Shown one piece after another: positions 49,235-60,178 of a DNA stretch of 64,000 bases. This stretch comes from Kiritimatiellaeota bacterium B1221 (GTDB lineage: Bacteria > Verrucomicrobiota > Kiritimatiellia > SS1-B-03-39 > UBA6053). Position 1 is the stretch's first letter. Each line of letters opens with the position of its first letter. The stretch covers positions 1-64,000 of the forward strand of contig JARHXX010000011.1 in assembly GCA_029269125.1 (NCBI GenBank), read 5' to 3'. The notes beneath the pieces are model-generated. The model saw only the letters and a program-made list of their open reading frames with translations. It was not told where the DNA came from and searched no databases. The position numbers and the translations under genes are program-made.

Positions 49235-50347
49235 TTACAAGCAAGTCTCCGCAAAGCGTTTGCCGGCATTTTCCGCCAATTCCCCCGCCCGGGCCAATGC
49301 CTCTTCCAGGGGAAGCCTTTGATCATTCGCCGATAAGGCAGCCGCGAGACCGGCGGACTGCAAATCCTCATCCCTCAACAGACAACTTCCCGCGATTACC
49401 GCCACCGGGGTATCAGCTGCTGACTTCAAAATGCCCGACAACACTTTTCCATCCAAACTCTGGCTGTCCACCCGTCCTTCACCCGTAATCACCCAGTCGG
49501 CTTGGGCGATTTTCGCCGGCAAATCCGCAATCCGCATCATCTCATCCACTCCGCTCACCAATTCCGCCCCGAAAAAGGCCACCGCACCGGCGGCGATTCC
49601 CCCCGCAGCCCCTCCACCCGGCAAAGTCCGCACATCCATCCCCAGATCACGTTCGATACATTCGGCCAACCGGGTCAATCCAGCTTCCAGATCTTCGACC
49701 ATTTGCGCATCAGCTCCTTTTTGCGGACCAAACACTGCGGCGGAACCTTTCTCCCCCAGCAAAGGATTGGTGACATCGCACATCACCCGCATTTTCAAAT
49801 CAGGCTGATTCGCCGGTGGCATAATCCTGTGCAAACGGCGCAATGCCCCCCCGCCAAAACCCAATTCTTTGCCCTCCGCATCCAGAAAGCGCCATCCCAG
49901 TGCCTGCGCCATTCCCATCCCTCCGTCCACGGTGGCGGAACCCCCTACCGCCAACGTGATCTGACGACAGCCCCGTTCGACCGTATCCGCAATCCACTCT
50001 CCAACCCCAAAAGTCGTCGTCCACATCGGATTTTTTTCTTTTTCAGTCAGCAAAGGGAGTCCCGAACAGCGGGCCATTTCGATCAGCGCTTCCCCTGCCT
50101 CCGGCCAGAACAGGTAGCCATCATCCACCCGCATGCCCGCCAGCGGACCCTGTACTGTTTTGAGCACTTTGGACCCCGGCCGCAATACTTCAAATAGTTC
50201 CTGGGTCCCCTCTCCCCCATCCGCCATAGGGGCAAAATCACATTTTGCATCGGATTGGACAGACCGAATCCCTTTTGCCACCGCCTCACAGGCTTCAATG
50301 GCCGACAAAGAGCCCTTCCAGGAATCCATACACAATAAGATTTTCAT
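49235..50347 (-). CDS. Glycerate kinase
   Basis: MKILLCMDSWKGSLSA.. and ..GGGAAGGIAAG.. motifs of the GlxK/GckA family. Confidence 0.85.
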   Translation of the reverse strand: MKILLCMDSWKGSLSAIEACEAVAKGIRSVQSDAKCDFAPMADGGEGTQELFEVLRPGSKVLKTVQGPLAGMRVDDGYLFWPEAGEALIEMARCSGLPLLTEKEKNPMWTTTFGVGEWIADTVERGCRQITLAVGGSATVDGGMGMAQALGWRFLDAEGKELGFGGGALRRLHRIMPPANQPDLKMRVMCDVTNPLLGEKGSAAVFGPQKGADAQMVEDLEAGLTRLAECIERDLGMDVRTLPGGGAAGGIAAGAVAFFGAELVSGVDEMMRIADLPAKIAQADWVITGEGRVDSQSLDGKVLSGILKSAADTPVAVIAGSCLLRDEDLQSAGLAAALSANDQRLPLEEALARAGELAENAGKRFAETCL

Positions 50348-50859
50348 AACCTCTCCATCAATTCCATGCTGACGCCAAGCATCTCTTCGTCATCAAACAA
50401 AAAATCCCCTTTCACCGACTGTCCAGCCAGCACATGGGGCAACCACAGCACATCGTCCGCCCACATGCGACGATAGGGAATGGAATCCAAATCCGTCCAC
50501 AGCGGAATGGCCTCTTCGGTTTCGACCGCCTCTCCCTCATGGTCATGCGCAAGGAAAATATGCGCTTCCAACTTATAACCATTGGTAAATTCAAAGCGAA
50601 GAAGCCCCCGATGCTCCAAATCCTTTGGCGTGACCCCCAACTCCTCCTGGGTTTCGCGAACCGCACATTCAGCCGCAGTTTCACCCGGGTCAAACTTTCC
50701 TCCTGGACCATTGACTTTTCCCGCACCTAGTCCACGTTGCTTTTCAATCAGCAGCACCTGCTGATTCTGTAGAACAAAACAAAGTGTCGCTTGGTCAGTT
50801 GGGACCCAGCGGTCCCATTGTATGGCATCAAATTCCGGATGTGCTTGAGAAATAATCAT
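50344..50859 (-). CDS. NUDIX hydrolase
   Basis: Nudix box GGKFDPGETAAECAVRETQEELGV. Confidence 0.85.
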   Translation of the reverse strand: MIISQAHPEFDAIQWDRWVPTDQATLCFVLQNQQVLLIEKQRGLGAGKVNGPGGKFDPGETAAECAVRETQEELGVTPKDLEHRGLLRFEFTNGYKLEAHIFLAHDHEGEAVETEEAIPLWTDLDSIPYRRMWADDVLWLPHVLAGQSVKGDFLFDDEEMLGVSMELMERL

Positions 50860-50921
50860 GTGCAGGAATCTGTTGCCATGTTCCGCAGTTACAAGTGTAA
50901 ACCTAAATAAAAATTGAAGTC

Positions 50922-52343
50922 ATGATTACTAAAAACAGTCGCCGCACCCGTATTATCGCCACCCTGGGCCCCGCAACCGAATCTCCTGAGATGATTCAGA
51001 AGATGATTGAAGCCGGAGTAAACATCTTCCGGATCAACATGTCCCACGCCAGCCACAAACAAGTACGGGAAAGTGTTAAAATCATTCGTGAAATCAGTCA
51101 TAAACAAGTGACCCGGGTCGGAATCATGATGGATTCACGCGGACCGGAAATTCGCACCGGAGATGTGCCCAAAGACCTGAACCTCGAAGCCGGACAAGTC
51201 ATCGGACTCACCGTCCGCGGTGAAAAATCAGCGGAAGAGTACAGTGTGGACGTCAACTACGATCAATTGGTCGAAGATATCCGGGTAGGAGATGTGGTTC
51301 TCATCGACAACGGAAACATCGAATTAAAAGTGGACGAAAAGAAACAAAACCAGTTGCTTTGTAAAGTCCTCACCCCCGGCACCCTGAAAAGTCGCCGTCA
51401 TGTGAATCTCCCCGGCGTCCGGGTAAACCTCCCCGCCCTCACCCAACAGGACAAAGAAGATATCAAACTGGGCATCGAAGTGGGAGTCGACTGGTTCGCC
51501 ATGTCTTTTGTCCGGGAACCGGAAGATGTCCGACAGCTCAAAGCCATTCTGGATTATCACAATGCCCCCCAAAAAGTCGTAGCCAAATTGGAAGACCAGG
51601 AGGGAATCCGCAATTTGGATGATATTATTGAAGCTTCCGACGCCATCATGGTTGCCCGCGGAGATCTCGGTATCGAATGCCCCTACGAAGAATTACCCAT
51701 CATTCAGCGGCGCATGATCAAAAAATGTGCCCAACAAGGGAAACCGGTAATTGTGGCCACCCACATGCTGGAATCCATGATTTCCAGCCCTTCCCCCACC
51801 CGTGCCGAAATTACCGACACCGCCAACGCGGTGTATGAGCAAGCGGACGCGATTATGCTCAGCGGGGAAACCAGTATCGGCAAATACCCGCTCAAATGCA
51901 TTGAAATGATGGACCGGATTGCCAGCCGGATTGAACGCAGTGGCGGCGCCGGTTTTTACGACAATGTGAAAATGCAAAGTAAATTCGCCAAATTGGTCAA
52001 ATCTGCGGCCGTTTTGGCCGAAGAGTGCTCTGCTGATGCGCTCATCGTCTTTACCTCCAGCGGAATCATCGCCCGAAATGCCGCACGCCTGCGCTTGGTT
52101 TCAACCCCGATCTATGCTTTTTCAAGCGACAACAATCTGCTGAACCAATTGCCGATGTTTTGGGGCATTCAACCCTCCTTTCTGGAAACCAGTGATGATC
52201 CGGAAGATAATGTGAGCCGGGCCGTGGCCAAATTGGTTGACCGGGGCTTGCTCAAAGCCGGAAATACTGTGGTGGCCGTTACGGAAGTGAAAATTAATGA
52301 CCGCCTGGTAGACACCATTCTCATGTCCACAGTCGAAAGCTAA
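50922..52343 (+). CDS. pyk: Pyruvate kinase
   Basis: RRTRIIATLGPATESPEMIQKMIEAGVNIFRINMSHASH and other PK signatures. 473 aa. Confidence 0.95.
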   Translation: MITKNSRRTRIIATLGPATESPEMIQKMIEAGVNIFRINMSHASHKQVRESVKIIREISHKQVTRVGIMMDSRGPEIRTGDVPKDLNLEAGQVIGLTVRGEKSAEEYSVDVNYDQLVEDIRVGDVVLIDNGNIELKVDEKKQNQLLCKVLTPGTLKSRRHVNLPGVRVNLPALTQQDKEDIKLGIEVGVDWFAMSFVREPEDVRQLKAILDYHNAPQKVVAKLEDQEGIRNLDDIIEASDAIMVARGDLGIECPYEELPIIQRRMIKKCAQQGKPVIVATHMLESMISSPSPTRAEITDTANAVYEQADAIMLSGETSIGKYPLKCIEMMDRIASRIERSGGAGFYDNVKMQSKFAKLVKSAAVLAEECSADALIVFTSSGIIARNAARLRLVSTPIYAFSSDNNLLNQLPMFWGIQPSFLETSDDPEDNVSRAVAKLVDRGLLKAGNTVVAVTEVKINDRLVDTILMSTVES

Positions 52344-52417
52344 TCATTAAAATATTTACATTTGATTGATCACAGCTTTCGATCATTATTGAACCTCAAC
52401 TTAGGAGAAGAGAAAAT

Positions 52418-52816
52418 ATGAATACATTTTATTTAGCACAGGAATCTGGTATCGGAGAAGGAGTCGGCCTCATCGGTGGTATCATCTACTTGGCCATCCT
52501 CATTGGTGTATTCGTCGGTATCGGCAAAACATTCATGAAAGCTGGAAAACCCGGTTGGGCCTGCATTGTCCCTTTTTACAATCTGATCGTCTTAACCGAA
52601 ATTGCAGGAAAACCTATCTAGTGGTTCTTCCTTATGTTTATCCCCTTTGTAAACATATACATTACAATTGTCCTGATGATGGAAATCGCCAAGCGGTTCG
52701 GCAAAGGAACCGGGTTTGCACTCGGGTTGATTTTTCTGACTCCGATCTTCTGGTGTATCCTGGGATACGGGGATGCGGTCTACCAACCCCAACCGATTGA
52801 GACAGAAACGGTCTGA
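52418..52816 (+). pseudogene. DUF5684-like small membrane protein split by an in-frame TAG at 52619-52621 (..EIAGKPI*WFFLMFIPFVN..). The two ORFs are in the same frame.
   Basis: (52634-52418) is divisible by 3. Read-through would restore a 132-aa protein with the family-typical AGKPGW..IAGKP-WW..FGKG layout. A single A-to-G change (TAG to TGG) would give the expected WW. Confidence 0.55.
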
Positions 52817-52845
52817 AAAAACTCAGCATGACCTAAATAGAAAAC

Positions 52846-52880
52846 CGTTCCGCTTTGTCGGAACGGTTTTTTTATGCCTG
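52846..52880 (+). terminator. Rho-independent terminator (aaaaccgttccg-ctttgt-cggaacggttttttt)
   Basis: Perfect 11-bp stem followed by a T-run, 30 nt after the stop at 52816. Confidence 0.8.
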
Positions 52881-52942
52881 CCCGCATATCCAATCCTGTT
52901 TCGTAATATTGACTTTTCCCGGAAACCCCGTATCTAATCCTC

Positions 52943-53158
52943 ATGACTTTCCTCATCCTTATTCCTATCGTTCTGGCCGTTCTCCTGATTTGTGTATTGG
53001 GAATGTCTGTTGGGGTCCTCAATGGACGCAAACCCATCCAGCACTGCGGCAGCTCCTCCCGGCAATACAAAGGACAGGAAATTGACTGCCCCCTTTGCTC
53101 CAACAAAAAATGCCCCAATGAGAAAAAAGGGGCCTGCACCAAAGGGTCGCAAGACTGA
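52943..53158 (+). CDS. Small Cys-rich membrane protein (71 aa; FeoB-associated Cys-rich-like)
   Basis: N-terminal TM helix, then CGSS..CPLCSNKKCPNEKKGAC. Confidence 0.4.
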   Translation: MTFLILIPIVLAVLLICVLGMSVGVLNGRKPIQHCGSSSRQYKGQEIDCPLCSNKKCPNEKKGACTKGSQD

Positions 53159-53435
53159 AACTTCTTGCGCCGGCCTGATTTTCAGAGGCATAAAATCCAT
53201 GAAAGTTCCTGAAGAACTTTTCCACCTCACCCAAACACCGGCGGCAAAGAAGACAACCGGAAACCATCCCTTTGCCGCGCGGGCATTCGCGGGCGGGCTT
53301 TAATAGGCACGTTGCGGACCAAGGATTCCGAAATTTTCAACAAAGATTGAATACAGTATCAGGGCTTACCGGGGAAGTGCCTCCAAACGGATCTGACCGC
53401 CCGATCATCGCAAAATGTGCCTGCACTTTTATTCC

Positions 53436-54122
53436 TTAATACCCTGCGTCTTTTTTGTCCGGGTTTGCATCTCCGCAAATCACCGGAATTGATTTGTATC
53501 CCACTCCCAGACGGGTCGCGCCCATTTCAATGAGCGCCTGCGCACGTTCCTTCGAACTAATTCCTCCGGACGGCTTCACCTGAATCCGGTGATCCGCGGT
53601 CTTGAGCATCAATTTCACCTGTTCGTCTTGTGCGCCCTCTCCGTTAAATCCTGTGGAGGTTTTCACAAAATCCGCTTTGGCATTCACACACACATTTACC
53701 AGTTGCTCGATTTCAAATTCAGTTAAAAAACAGGTTTCAAAAATAACTTTCAACAGCACGCCGGCCGGACGGGTAAAAGAGCTGACCGCGGAAATATCTT
53801 CTCTGATTTTCTGCCATTCTCCGGATTTGACCCAGCCGATATTGCAGACCATATCAATCTCATCCACCCCTTCTGAAATGTAACGTTTGGCCTCATCGAC
53901 TTTTGAAATCGTTAACTGGTTCCCGTGAGGAAACCCCAGCACCACGCAGAGTCCAATTCGATTCTCATTACAAATAGGTTTGAGTAGCGGAATATCTGAA
54001 GGGCGCACACAGAACGCGCAGGGCTGATAGGGCAAACAAGACTCTACAGCCGCCAAGACTTCCTTTTCGCTCATGTCCGGCTTTAAAATCGCAACATCAA
54101 AATAACTGGAGAGAGGGTTCAT
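53436..54122 (-). CDS. deoC: Deoxyribose-phosphate aldolase. The annotated ORF's long N-terminal extension to 54353 is probably spurious.
   Basis: FVKTSTGF Schiff-base lysine motif and GFPHGNQ. The start at MNPLSSYFDVAILKPDMSE gives a typical length of about 229 aa and removes the overlap with ureD. Confidence 0.85.
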   Translation of the reverse strand: MNPLSSYFDVAILKPDMSEKEVLAAVESCLPYQPCAFCVRPSDIPLLKPICNENRIGLCVVLGFPHGNQLTISKVDEAKRYISEGVDEIDMVCNIGWVKSGEWQKIREDISAVSSFTRPAGVLLKVIFETCFLTEFEIEQLVNVCVNAKADFVKTSTGFNGEGAQDEQVKLMLKTADHRIQVKPSGGISSKERAQALIEMGATRLGVGYKSIPVICGDANPDKKDAGY

Positions 54123-54299
54123 AATGGGAGAAAGTATCGTGAGGACCTCCGGGAGGCAAGCAGATATTTGGGGTCTCATTCCCACCGAAAACTCGACATT
54201 CCTGTCTTGAGGTATACGTTTACGGATATTTCCGAATGGCATGCGAAATAGTACAGCAAGGGGCTGGCATCTTCGCGGAACTTCCTCAAAGATACCCCT

Positions 54300-55196
54300 A
54301 TGCAGATTCAACCGACTTCTCACCCCAGCAAAGCCACCATTACTTCCCGGCAAGGACAGTCCCGGCTCGTGGAATGTAGAAGCGTTGCCCCCATGAGATT
54401 TCTCAGCCCCTACTTTTCTGATGAAGCCGTTTCTTTGATCCTTTCAAGTTATGGCGGGGGCATGGTGCAGGGCGATCAAATCCTGATCGACCTGCATATC
54501 GAAAAAAATGCCCGTTTATTTTTGGGCACCCAGGCCAACAGCCGGGTATACAAAAATGACCGGGACCTCCCCACCTCCCAAATTTTAACCGGCAAAGTAG
54601 AACCCGGCGCCAAAGTGGTCTTTTTACCCGATCCATTGGTGTTGCATGCAGGCAGTCGCTTTCATCAACAACAACACTGGCAGGTCGCCGCAACGGCAGG
54701 ATTGCTAATAGGGGAATGGTTTCAATGCGGGCGCAGTGACAGCGGCGAGTGTTTTGCATATCAGGAATACGAATCCCTCATCGAGATCTCCGGCGAAAAA
54801 GAACTTTGGATACGCGAACCCTTTTCTTCCATGCCCGAAACAGAAGATCCGCGGCAGGTGGGACGCTTTGGCGATGCCAATCTCATGTTAACGCTTTTTG
54901 CCGCCGAAGAGGCACGCTCCATATTAACCGAAGCGCTGGAACCCCTCACCCAGGGGCAACGGGAATTCACCCAGGTGCCCGTGCTCAGCGGGCAAGCATA
55001 CCGCCCCTCCACTGTCAACCTCCGCGCATTGGTTCATCTCGAAGACCGCCCTGTGTCTATTTTTCGGGCACTGGGCAAAACCCGCTCCGACTTTGACCCG
55101 ATCTGGAAAGCGCTCGAATCCGCCCTCGCCACTTCGGATTGGTTAGGCCGGGACGCGCAACTTCCCATGTGCCGGCAAATGCACCGCCCGGCCTAA
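54300..55196 (+). CDS. ureD: Urease accessory protein UreD (UreH)
   Basis: YGGGMVQGDQILIDLHIEKNARLFLGTQANSRVYKN parallels Klebsiella UreD [37 protein letters not shown]. The start may be internal. Confidence 0.7.
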   Translation: MQIQPTSHPSKATITSRQGQSRLVECRSVAPMRFLSPYFSDEAVSLILSSYGGGMVQGDQILIDLHIEKNARLFLGTQANSRVYKNDRDLPTSQILTGKVEPGAKVVFLPDPLVLHAGSRFHQQQHWQVAATAGLLIGEWFQCGRSDSGECFAYQEYESLIEISGEKELWIREPFSSMPETEDPRQVGRFGDANLMLTLFAAEEARSILTEALEPLTQGQREFTQVPVLSGQAYRPSTVNLRALVHLEDRPVSIFRALGKTRSDFDPIWKALESALATSDWLGRDAQLPMCRQMHRPA

Positions 55197-55220
55197 CCCG
55201 CAAAACGTCCCCCCCTCCAG

Positions 55221-56036
55221 ATGTCCCTGTCTTGCCAGCCTCTCAGCCCTCACGCCCATCGGATGCGCATCCGCAGGGGGGAATTCACGGGCCACACCTC
55301 AGGCTTGGCCCCGGGCTATGTACAGGCCAATCTGGTTATCCTTCCCCAAGCTTATGCAACAGACTTTACCGAATTCTGCAAAGCCAATCCCCGGCCATGC
55401 CCCCTAATTTCCATCAGCGCCAGACCGGGCCAAACCAATCAGGAAAACGTCGCTCATGACCTCGATATCCGAAAAGACCTCCCCAAATACCGGATCTTTC
55501 AAAAAGGGAAACTGCAATCCGAACCTGCCGAAATCTCTGATTATTGGCGTGACGACTTTCGTACCTTTCTTATCGGATGCTCATTTTCTTTTGAAGAAGC
55601 CCTATTGCGCGCGGGCCTGGAAATTAGAAACATCACCGAACATAAAAACGTCCCCATGTACGTGACCGGACAGCCCTGCACCCCCGCCGGTATTTTTTCA
55701 GCGCCGCTGGTGGTGAGTATGCGCCCGATGAACGTCGGCGATGCGGAAAAAGCGGCAGCCATCTGTAAACGTTACCCTCACGTCCACGGCGAACCGCTTC
55801 ATATCGGCAATCCGCGTGAACTCGGAATTCGCGATCTGAATACCCCCGACTTCGGGGAGGCGGTGAGCCTCCATCCTGGAGAAGTACCCGTATTTTGGGC
55901 CTGCGGCGTCACCCCGCAACTGGCCGTGATGAACGCCGCGCCGGAAATTTGCATCACCCACAGCCCCGGACACATGTTAATTACGGATCTCGAAAATACA
56001 GAACAGGATTCATTTACTCCACCCCTGCTACCTTAA
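55221..56036 (+). CDS. DUF1445-family putative hydro-lyase (N-terminal half of a D-glutamate cyclase-like enzyme)
   Basis: APGYVQANLVILP and conserved C/H residues typical of UPF0317/DUF1445. Recalled similarity only. Confidence 0.5.
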   Translation: MSLSCQPLSPHAHRMRIRRGEFTGHTSGLAPGYVQANLVILPQAYATDFTEFCKANPRPCPLISISARPGQTNQENVAHDLDIRKDLPKYRIFQKGKLQSEPAEISDYWRDDFRTFLIGCSFSFEEALLRAGLEIRNITEHKNVPMYVTGQPCTPAGIFSAPLVVSMRPMNVGDAEKAAAICKRYPHVHGEPLHIGNPRELGIRDLNTPDFGEAVSLHPGEVPVFWACGVTPQLAVMNAAPEICITHSPGHMLITDLENTEQDSFTPPLLP

Positions 56037-56037
56037 A

Positions 56038-56883
56038 ATGAACACCGATACACTTTTACAGCACAGCATTGCCATCGAAAAATGCTTGGTACGAAAAAAC
56101 CTTCGGGGAATGCGGGACTTGTCCTCAGCCCATTCCCCGGGAAGCTGCCTTCGTGCCGCGCAAATTCTGCATGCAGCCGCCGGCACAGTGATCATCGGCA
56201 CCGGCTTCCCTGTCGCCGATACATTTGAAACCGATGGTCCCACAGGTGCGATAGCTTTATACCACTGCCTCAACCAAATGGGATGCAGGGCTCTCATTGC
56301 CTGCAGCGAACCGCTCTACTCCGTTTTACAGAAAACAACTTCCTGCCTCGCACTCCCACGGGGCCCGTCACCCCGTCACGTACATTTTTGCCGGGAAAAG
56401 TTAAGCGAGCTTCAGCCCCACTGCCTCATTTCTATTGAATGTCCCGGAAAATCCCGGGATGGAGAGTTTTATAATATGCGGAACCAAAGCATTACTTCGG
56501 TCTCTGCGGATTTTGATACGTTTATTCGCACCGCAGATTGTCCCACAATCGGCATTGGAGACGGCGGCAATGAAATTGGTATGGGCGCCCTCTGCAAGGA
56601 GATGCACAAGCTGGATATCACGCCCAGCGTGACGCCCTGTGATGAACTCATTCTTGCCGACGTATCCAATTGGGGCACTTACGGTATCATCGCCCTGCTG
56701 TCCCTGTTGCGTGAACAAGACTGTTTGAAAAACATCCAGCCTTTCGACATCTTAAACGATTTGAATCAACACGGGAGCATCGACGGACTCACCCTTCGAA
56801 ACGAACCCACCGAAGATGGTCAGCCCGCAAGCGAAGGACAAAAACTTATCGATGACATGCGGAAAATCTGCGGGTTTATCTAA
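56038..56883 (+). CDS. DUF4392-family protein (partner of DUF1445 in D-glutamate cyclase-like enzymes)
   Basis: GTGFPVADTFETDGPTGAIAL and IGDGGNEIGMG motifs. Begins 2 nt after the upstream gene. Confidence 0.5.
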   Translation: MNTDTLLQHSIAIEKCLVRKNLRGMRDLSSAHSPGSCLRAAQILHAAAGTVIIGTGFPVADTFETDGPTGAIALYHCLNQMGCRALIACSEPLYSVLQKTTSCLALPRGPSPRHVHFCREKLSELQPHCLISIECPGKSRDGEFYNMRNQSITSVSADFDTFIRTADCPTIGIGDGGNEIGMGALCKEMHKLDITPSVTPCDELILADVSNWGTYGIIALLSLLREQDCLKNIQPFDILNDLNQHGSIDGLTLRNEPTEDGQPASEGQKLIDDMRKICGFI

Positions 56884-57028
56884 CGCCTTTTTCACAAGGG
56901 ATTACTCAAAGCCTGACCCAGCACAACCCCGTCCGCGGGACCGTGCCCCGCCACCGCAAACCAAAAAGCCCCGAAGGGATCCCCCTCTCACTCATGGCGC
57001 CTCCACAGACAGAAAGCTCCATGCCACC

Positions 57029-57775
57029 TCAGGTATGGGTATGCTCTGTCCCCATCGCATGCGCCAGCGCATGATCAATATGCGCAATAATTTCCTGCAA
57101 GCCTTCTTCTTTTTTACAATTACTAAACAGAAAAGGTCCTTCGTTACGCATTTTTTTTGCATCCCGATCCATTACGCCCAAATCTGCCCCCACCAGTTCA
57201 GCCAAATCTGTTTTATTGATCACCAATAAATCCGCCTGGGTAATACCCGGCCCCCCTTTACGCGGAATTTTATCTCCACCGGAAACATCGATCACATAAA
57301 TTGTAAAGTCCGCGAGCTCCCGACTGTAGTGGGCCGCCAGGTTATCTCCCCCGGATTCTATCAGCAATAAATCGAGTTTGCCGTCAAAACGCTCCATCAA
57401 CGTTTCCAGCGCATCCAAGTTTAAAGACACATCTTCGCGAATTGCCGCATGCGGACAACCTCCGGTTTCGACTCCAATGATCCGGTCCGCATCTAACGCT
57501 TCATTCCGCACCAAAAATTCGGCATCCTCCCGGGTAAAGATATCGTTGGTAACCACTCCCAACTGATAACGATCTTTCAGCTGCTGACAAAGCAAGCGCA
57601 GCAGCGCGGTTTTACCGGTGCCCACCGGCCCCCCAATGCCCACCGTGAACGCGCGCTTGCTGTAGTCGCGCTGATGAGGCGCGTCCCGGTCGCCATAGTG
57701 TCCGGGATGATCCAGATGTTCGTGCGTGTGACCGTGGGGGCCGTGGTCGTGTGAATGCGAGTGTGGGTTACACAT
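57029..57775 (-). CDS. ureG: Urease accessory GTPase UreG with a His-rich N-terminal extension
   Basis: [12 protein letters not shown]-loop. N-terminus [26 protein letters not shown]. Confidence 0.95.
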   Translation of the reverse strand: MCNPHSHSHDHGPHGHTHEHLDHPGHYGDRDAPHQRDYSKRAFTVGIGGPVGTGKTALLRLLCQQLKDRYQLGVVTNDIFTREDAEFLVRNEALDADRIIGVETGGCPHAAIREDVSLNLDALETLMERFDGKLDLLLIESGGDNLAAHYSRELADFTIYVIDVSGGDKIPRKGGPGITQADLLVINKTDLAELVGADLGVMDRDAKKMRNEGPFLFSNCKKEEGLQEIIAHIDHALAHAMGTEHTHT

Positions 57776-57796
57776 AGAGAGTTCTCCGTGAATGGG

Positions 57797-58465
57797 TTAA
57801 CTTTGAAATAATTTTGAATAAATACGATCATGCCCGGCCTGGGCAATTTCCAGCGCGGGGGCCGTCCGGCGGGCAGTGCGGAAATTCCGGTTTAATGCCC
57901 GCGAAAGTTTCCGGTCCCCCTCCTGCAAAAGCTGATGTTGAATCTGATGACCCTCCATCGGACCCATGCACCCCAGCCGAATGGCCGAGGATATGGCATC
58001 CCTCAAATTGATATACATAAAACAACTTTGCGCCTCCGCCAAAGGCATACCCAGTTCAGCCAGTCCCCAACCATATACCAACAGCAAGTGGCGGCGCTCC
58101 GGGCTGCGGGGCACCCGTTCCCGGGTGCGGGTTAACGCATCCGCACCCACTAAACTTTCGAGCGACCTTAACATACTGCGCCCCTGCACCAAACTGCTCC
58201 TCAACATCGGTGGCGAACTCATACCCGCATGATAGACATCCCGCAAGGCCACCGGATCTTCCGCGTCATCAAAACAACTGTTTAAAAATGGAATCTCATA
58301 AGAGATCCATTGCTCAACCGCAGTCTGCAGGGTCTCCACAAATTGCTGCCGGCTGGTAAACAGCCCAAACTTCGCAGACGCCTCAATCCCGGATGAAAAA
58401 GCAAAGCCTCCGGTAGGAAATGCCGAGTCCGCTATATGAAACCAGTTAAGTGCCGCCGCCGTCAT
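57797..58465 (-). CDS. ureF: Urease accessory protein UreF
   Basis: NWFHIADSAFPTGGFAFSSGIE signature. Confidence 0.9.
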   Translation of the reverse strand: MTAAALNWFHIADSAFPTGGFAFSSGIEASAKFGLFTSRQQFVETLQTAVEQWISYEIPFLNSCFDDAEDPVALRDVYHAGMSSPPMLRSSLVQGRSMLRSLESLVGADALTRTRERVPRSPERRHLLLVYGWGLAELGMPLAEAQSCFMYINLRDAISSAIRLGCMGPMEGHQIQHQLLQEGDRKLSRALNRNFRTARRTAPALEIAQAGHDRIYSKLFQS

Positions 58466-60178
58466 TTAAAACAGGTGATACAATTGCGCCAGAGGCAACA
58501 CATCCGCAGGTGCACAGGTCAGATGTTCACCATCCACAGTCACCCGGTATGTTTCCGGATCAATTTCAATATTCGGCAATACATTATTTAATTTAAGATC
58601 TGACTTTTTCAATCCTCTGCATTTTTTCACCGCCACCGCTTTTTTATTAATTCCGTACTTCCGCACATTCTCTAACGAGGCTTCGGATACAAATACTTTT
58701 GAGTGTAAAGCCGCCGAAGATCCACTCGCCCCAAACATCGGACGCGAAATATACGGTTGGGGCGTAGGGATTGATGCATTGGCATCTCCCATTTGCGCCT
58801 GGGCAATTACGCCCCCTTTAATCACCAGCTCCGGACGTATCCCGAAAAACTCGGGCTTCCATAAAGTGAGATCCGCCAGTTTTCCAACTTCCACTGAACC
58901 AATTTCATGTGAAAATCCATGCGCAATTGCAGGATTGATTGTGTACTTGGCCACGTAGCGGCGGGCACGGAAATTATCATGTCCCTTCCCTTCATCCTCG
59001 GGAAGCTCTCCCCGCTGATCTTTCATCTTATGCGCCGTCTGCCAGGTTCGACAAACCACTTCGCCAATGCGGCCCATGGCTTGCGAGTCGGATGCCATAA
59101 TCGACAAGGCGCCCATATCATGCAAAATATCTTCAGCCGCAATGGTTTCCCCGCGAATCCGGCTTTCCGCAAAAGAAACATCCTCAGGAATACTGCGGTC
59201 CAAATGATGACACACCATCAACATGTCCAAATGCTCATCCAACGTATTCACGGTATAAGGACGGGTCGGATTGGTGGATGAAGGCAACACATTCTCTTCG
59301 CCGCAAAGACTCAGAATATCCGGTGCATGCCCCCCTCCCGCCCCTTCAGTGTGATAGGTATGGATGGTCCGGCCTTTAAAAGCATCCCGGCTGGCCTCAA
59401 CAAATCCCGACTCATTTAAAGTATCGGTATGAATACAAACCTGGATATCCTCCTGCTCGGCAATCTCCAGGCACTGATCAATACTCGCGGGTGTGGTGCC
59501 CCAGTCTTCATGCAGCTTGAGTCCGCAAGCGCCCGCATCGATTTGTTCTTTCACCCCTTCAGGACGCGAAGCGTTTCCCTTGCCTAAAAACCCAAAATTC
59601 ATCGGATAGGTATCGGTGGAACGAATCATCATTTCCACATGAAAGGCCCCCGGGGTGCAGGTCGTGGCATTGGTTCCGGTACTCGGTCCAGTGCCTCCGC
59701 CTAACATGGTGGTAATCCCCGAAGCCAAAGCTTCGTTAATTTGCTGCGGACATATGAAGTGGATATGACAATCAATCGCCCCGGCAGTCAGCACCATTTT
59801 TTCACCTGCGATCACCTCAGTCCCCACACCCACAATCATGCCGGCATCTACCTCCGGCATAATGTGCGGGTTCCCGGCTTTCCCAATACCGACGATTCGC
59901 CCCCCTTTAATTCCAATGTCGGCTTTGATCACCCCGGTGTAATCCAAAATGAGGGCGTTGGTTATCACCAGATCCAAAACATCCTCTGCGGGAATACCCG
60001 TGGCCTGCCCCATACCGTCTCGTAAGACTTTTCCACCACCGAATTTACATTCTTCACCAAAGACGGTGTAATCTTTTTCAGGCGAAATCCACAGGTTGGT
60101 ATCCCCCAACCGCAATGCATCACCAACAGTGATGCCATACATATCCGCATATCCACGTCGGGTAATAAACTGACTCAT
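58466..60178 (-). CDS. ureC: Urease alpha subunit
   Basis: 570 aa. MVCHHLD, nickel-binding His residues and the flap. Confidence 0.97.
   Translation of the reverse strand: MSQFITRRGYADMYGITVGDALRLGDTNLWISPEKDYTVFGEECKFGGGKVLRDGMGQATGIPAEDVLDLVITNALILDYTGVIKADIGIKGGRIVGIGKAGNPHIMPEVDAGMIVGVGTEVIAGEKMVLTAGAIDCHIHFICPQQINEALASGITTMLGGGTGPSTGTNATTCTPGAFHVEMMIRSTDTYPMNFGFLGKGNASRPEGVKEQIDAGACGLKLHEDWGTTPASIDQCLEIAEQEDIQVCIHTDTLNESGFVEASRDAFKGRTIHTYHTEGAGGGHAPDILSLCGEENVLPSSTNPTRPYTVNTLDEHLDMLMVCHHLDRSIPEDVSFAESRIRGETIAAEDILHDMGALSIMASDSQAMGRIGEVVCRTWQTAHKMKDQRGELPEDEGKGHDNFRARRYVAKYTINPAIAHGFSHEIGSVEVGKLADLTLWKPEFFGIRPELVIKGGVIAQAQMGDANASIPTPQPYISRPMFGASGSSAALHSKVFVSEASLENVRKYGINKKAVAVKKCRGLKKSDLKLNNVLPNIEIDPETYRVTVDGEHLTCAPADVLPLAQLYHLF

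Noticed and set aside
53436-54353. Long-form deoC ORF (305 aa) overlapping ureD by 54 nt
   Set aside because: The first 77 residues have no DeoC homology and run through the intergenic region. An internal Met at about 54122 gives a canonical DeoC length and removes the overlap.
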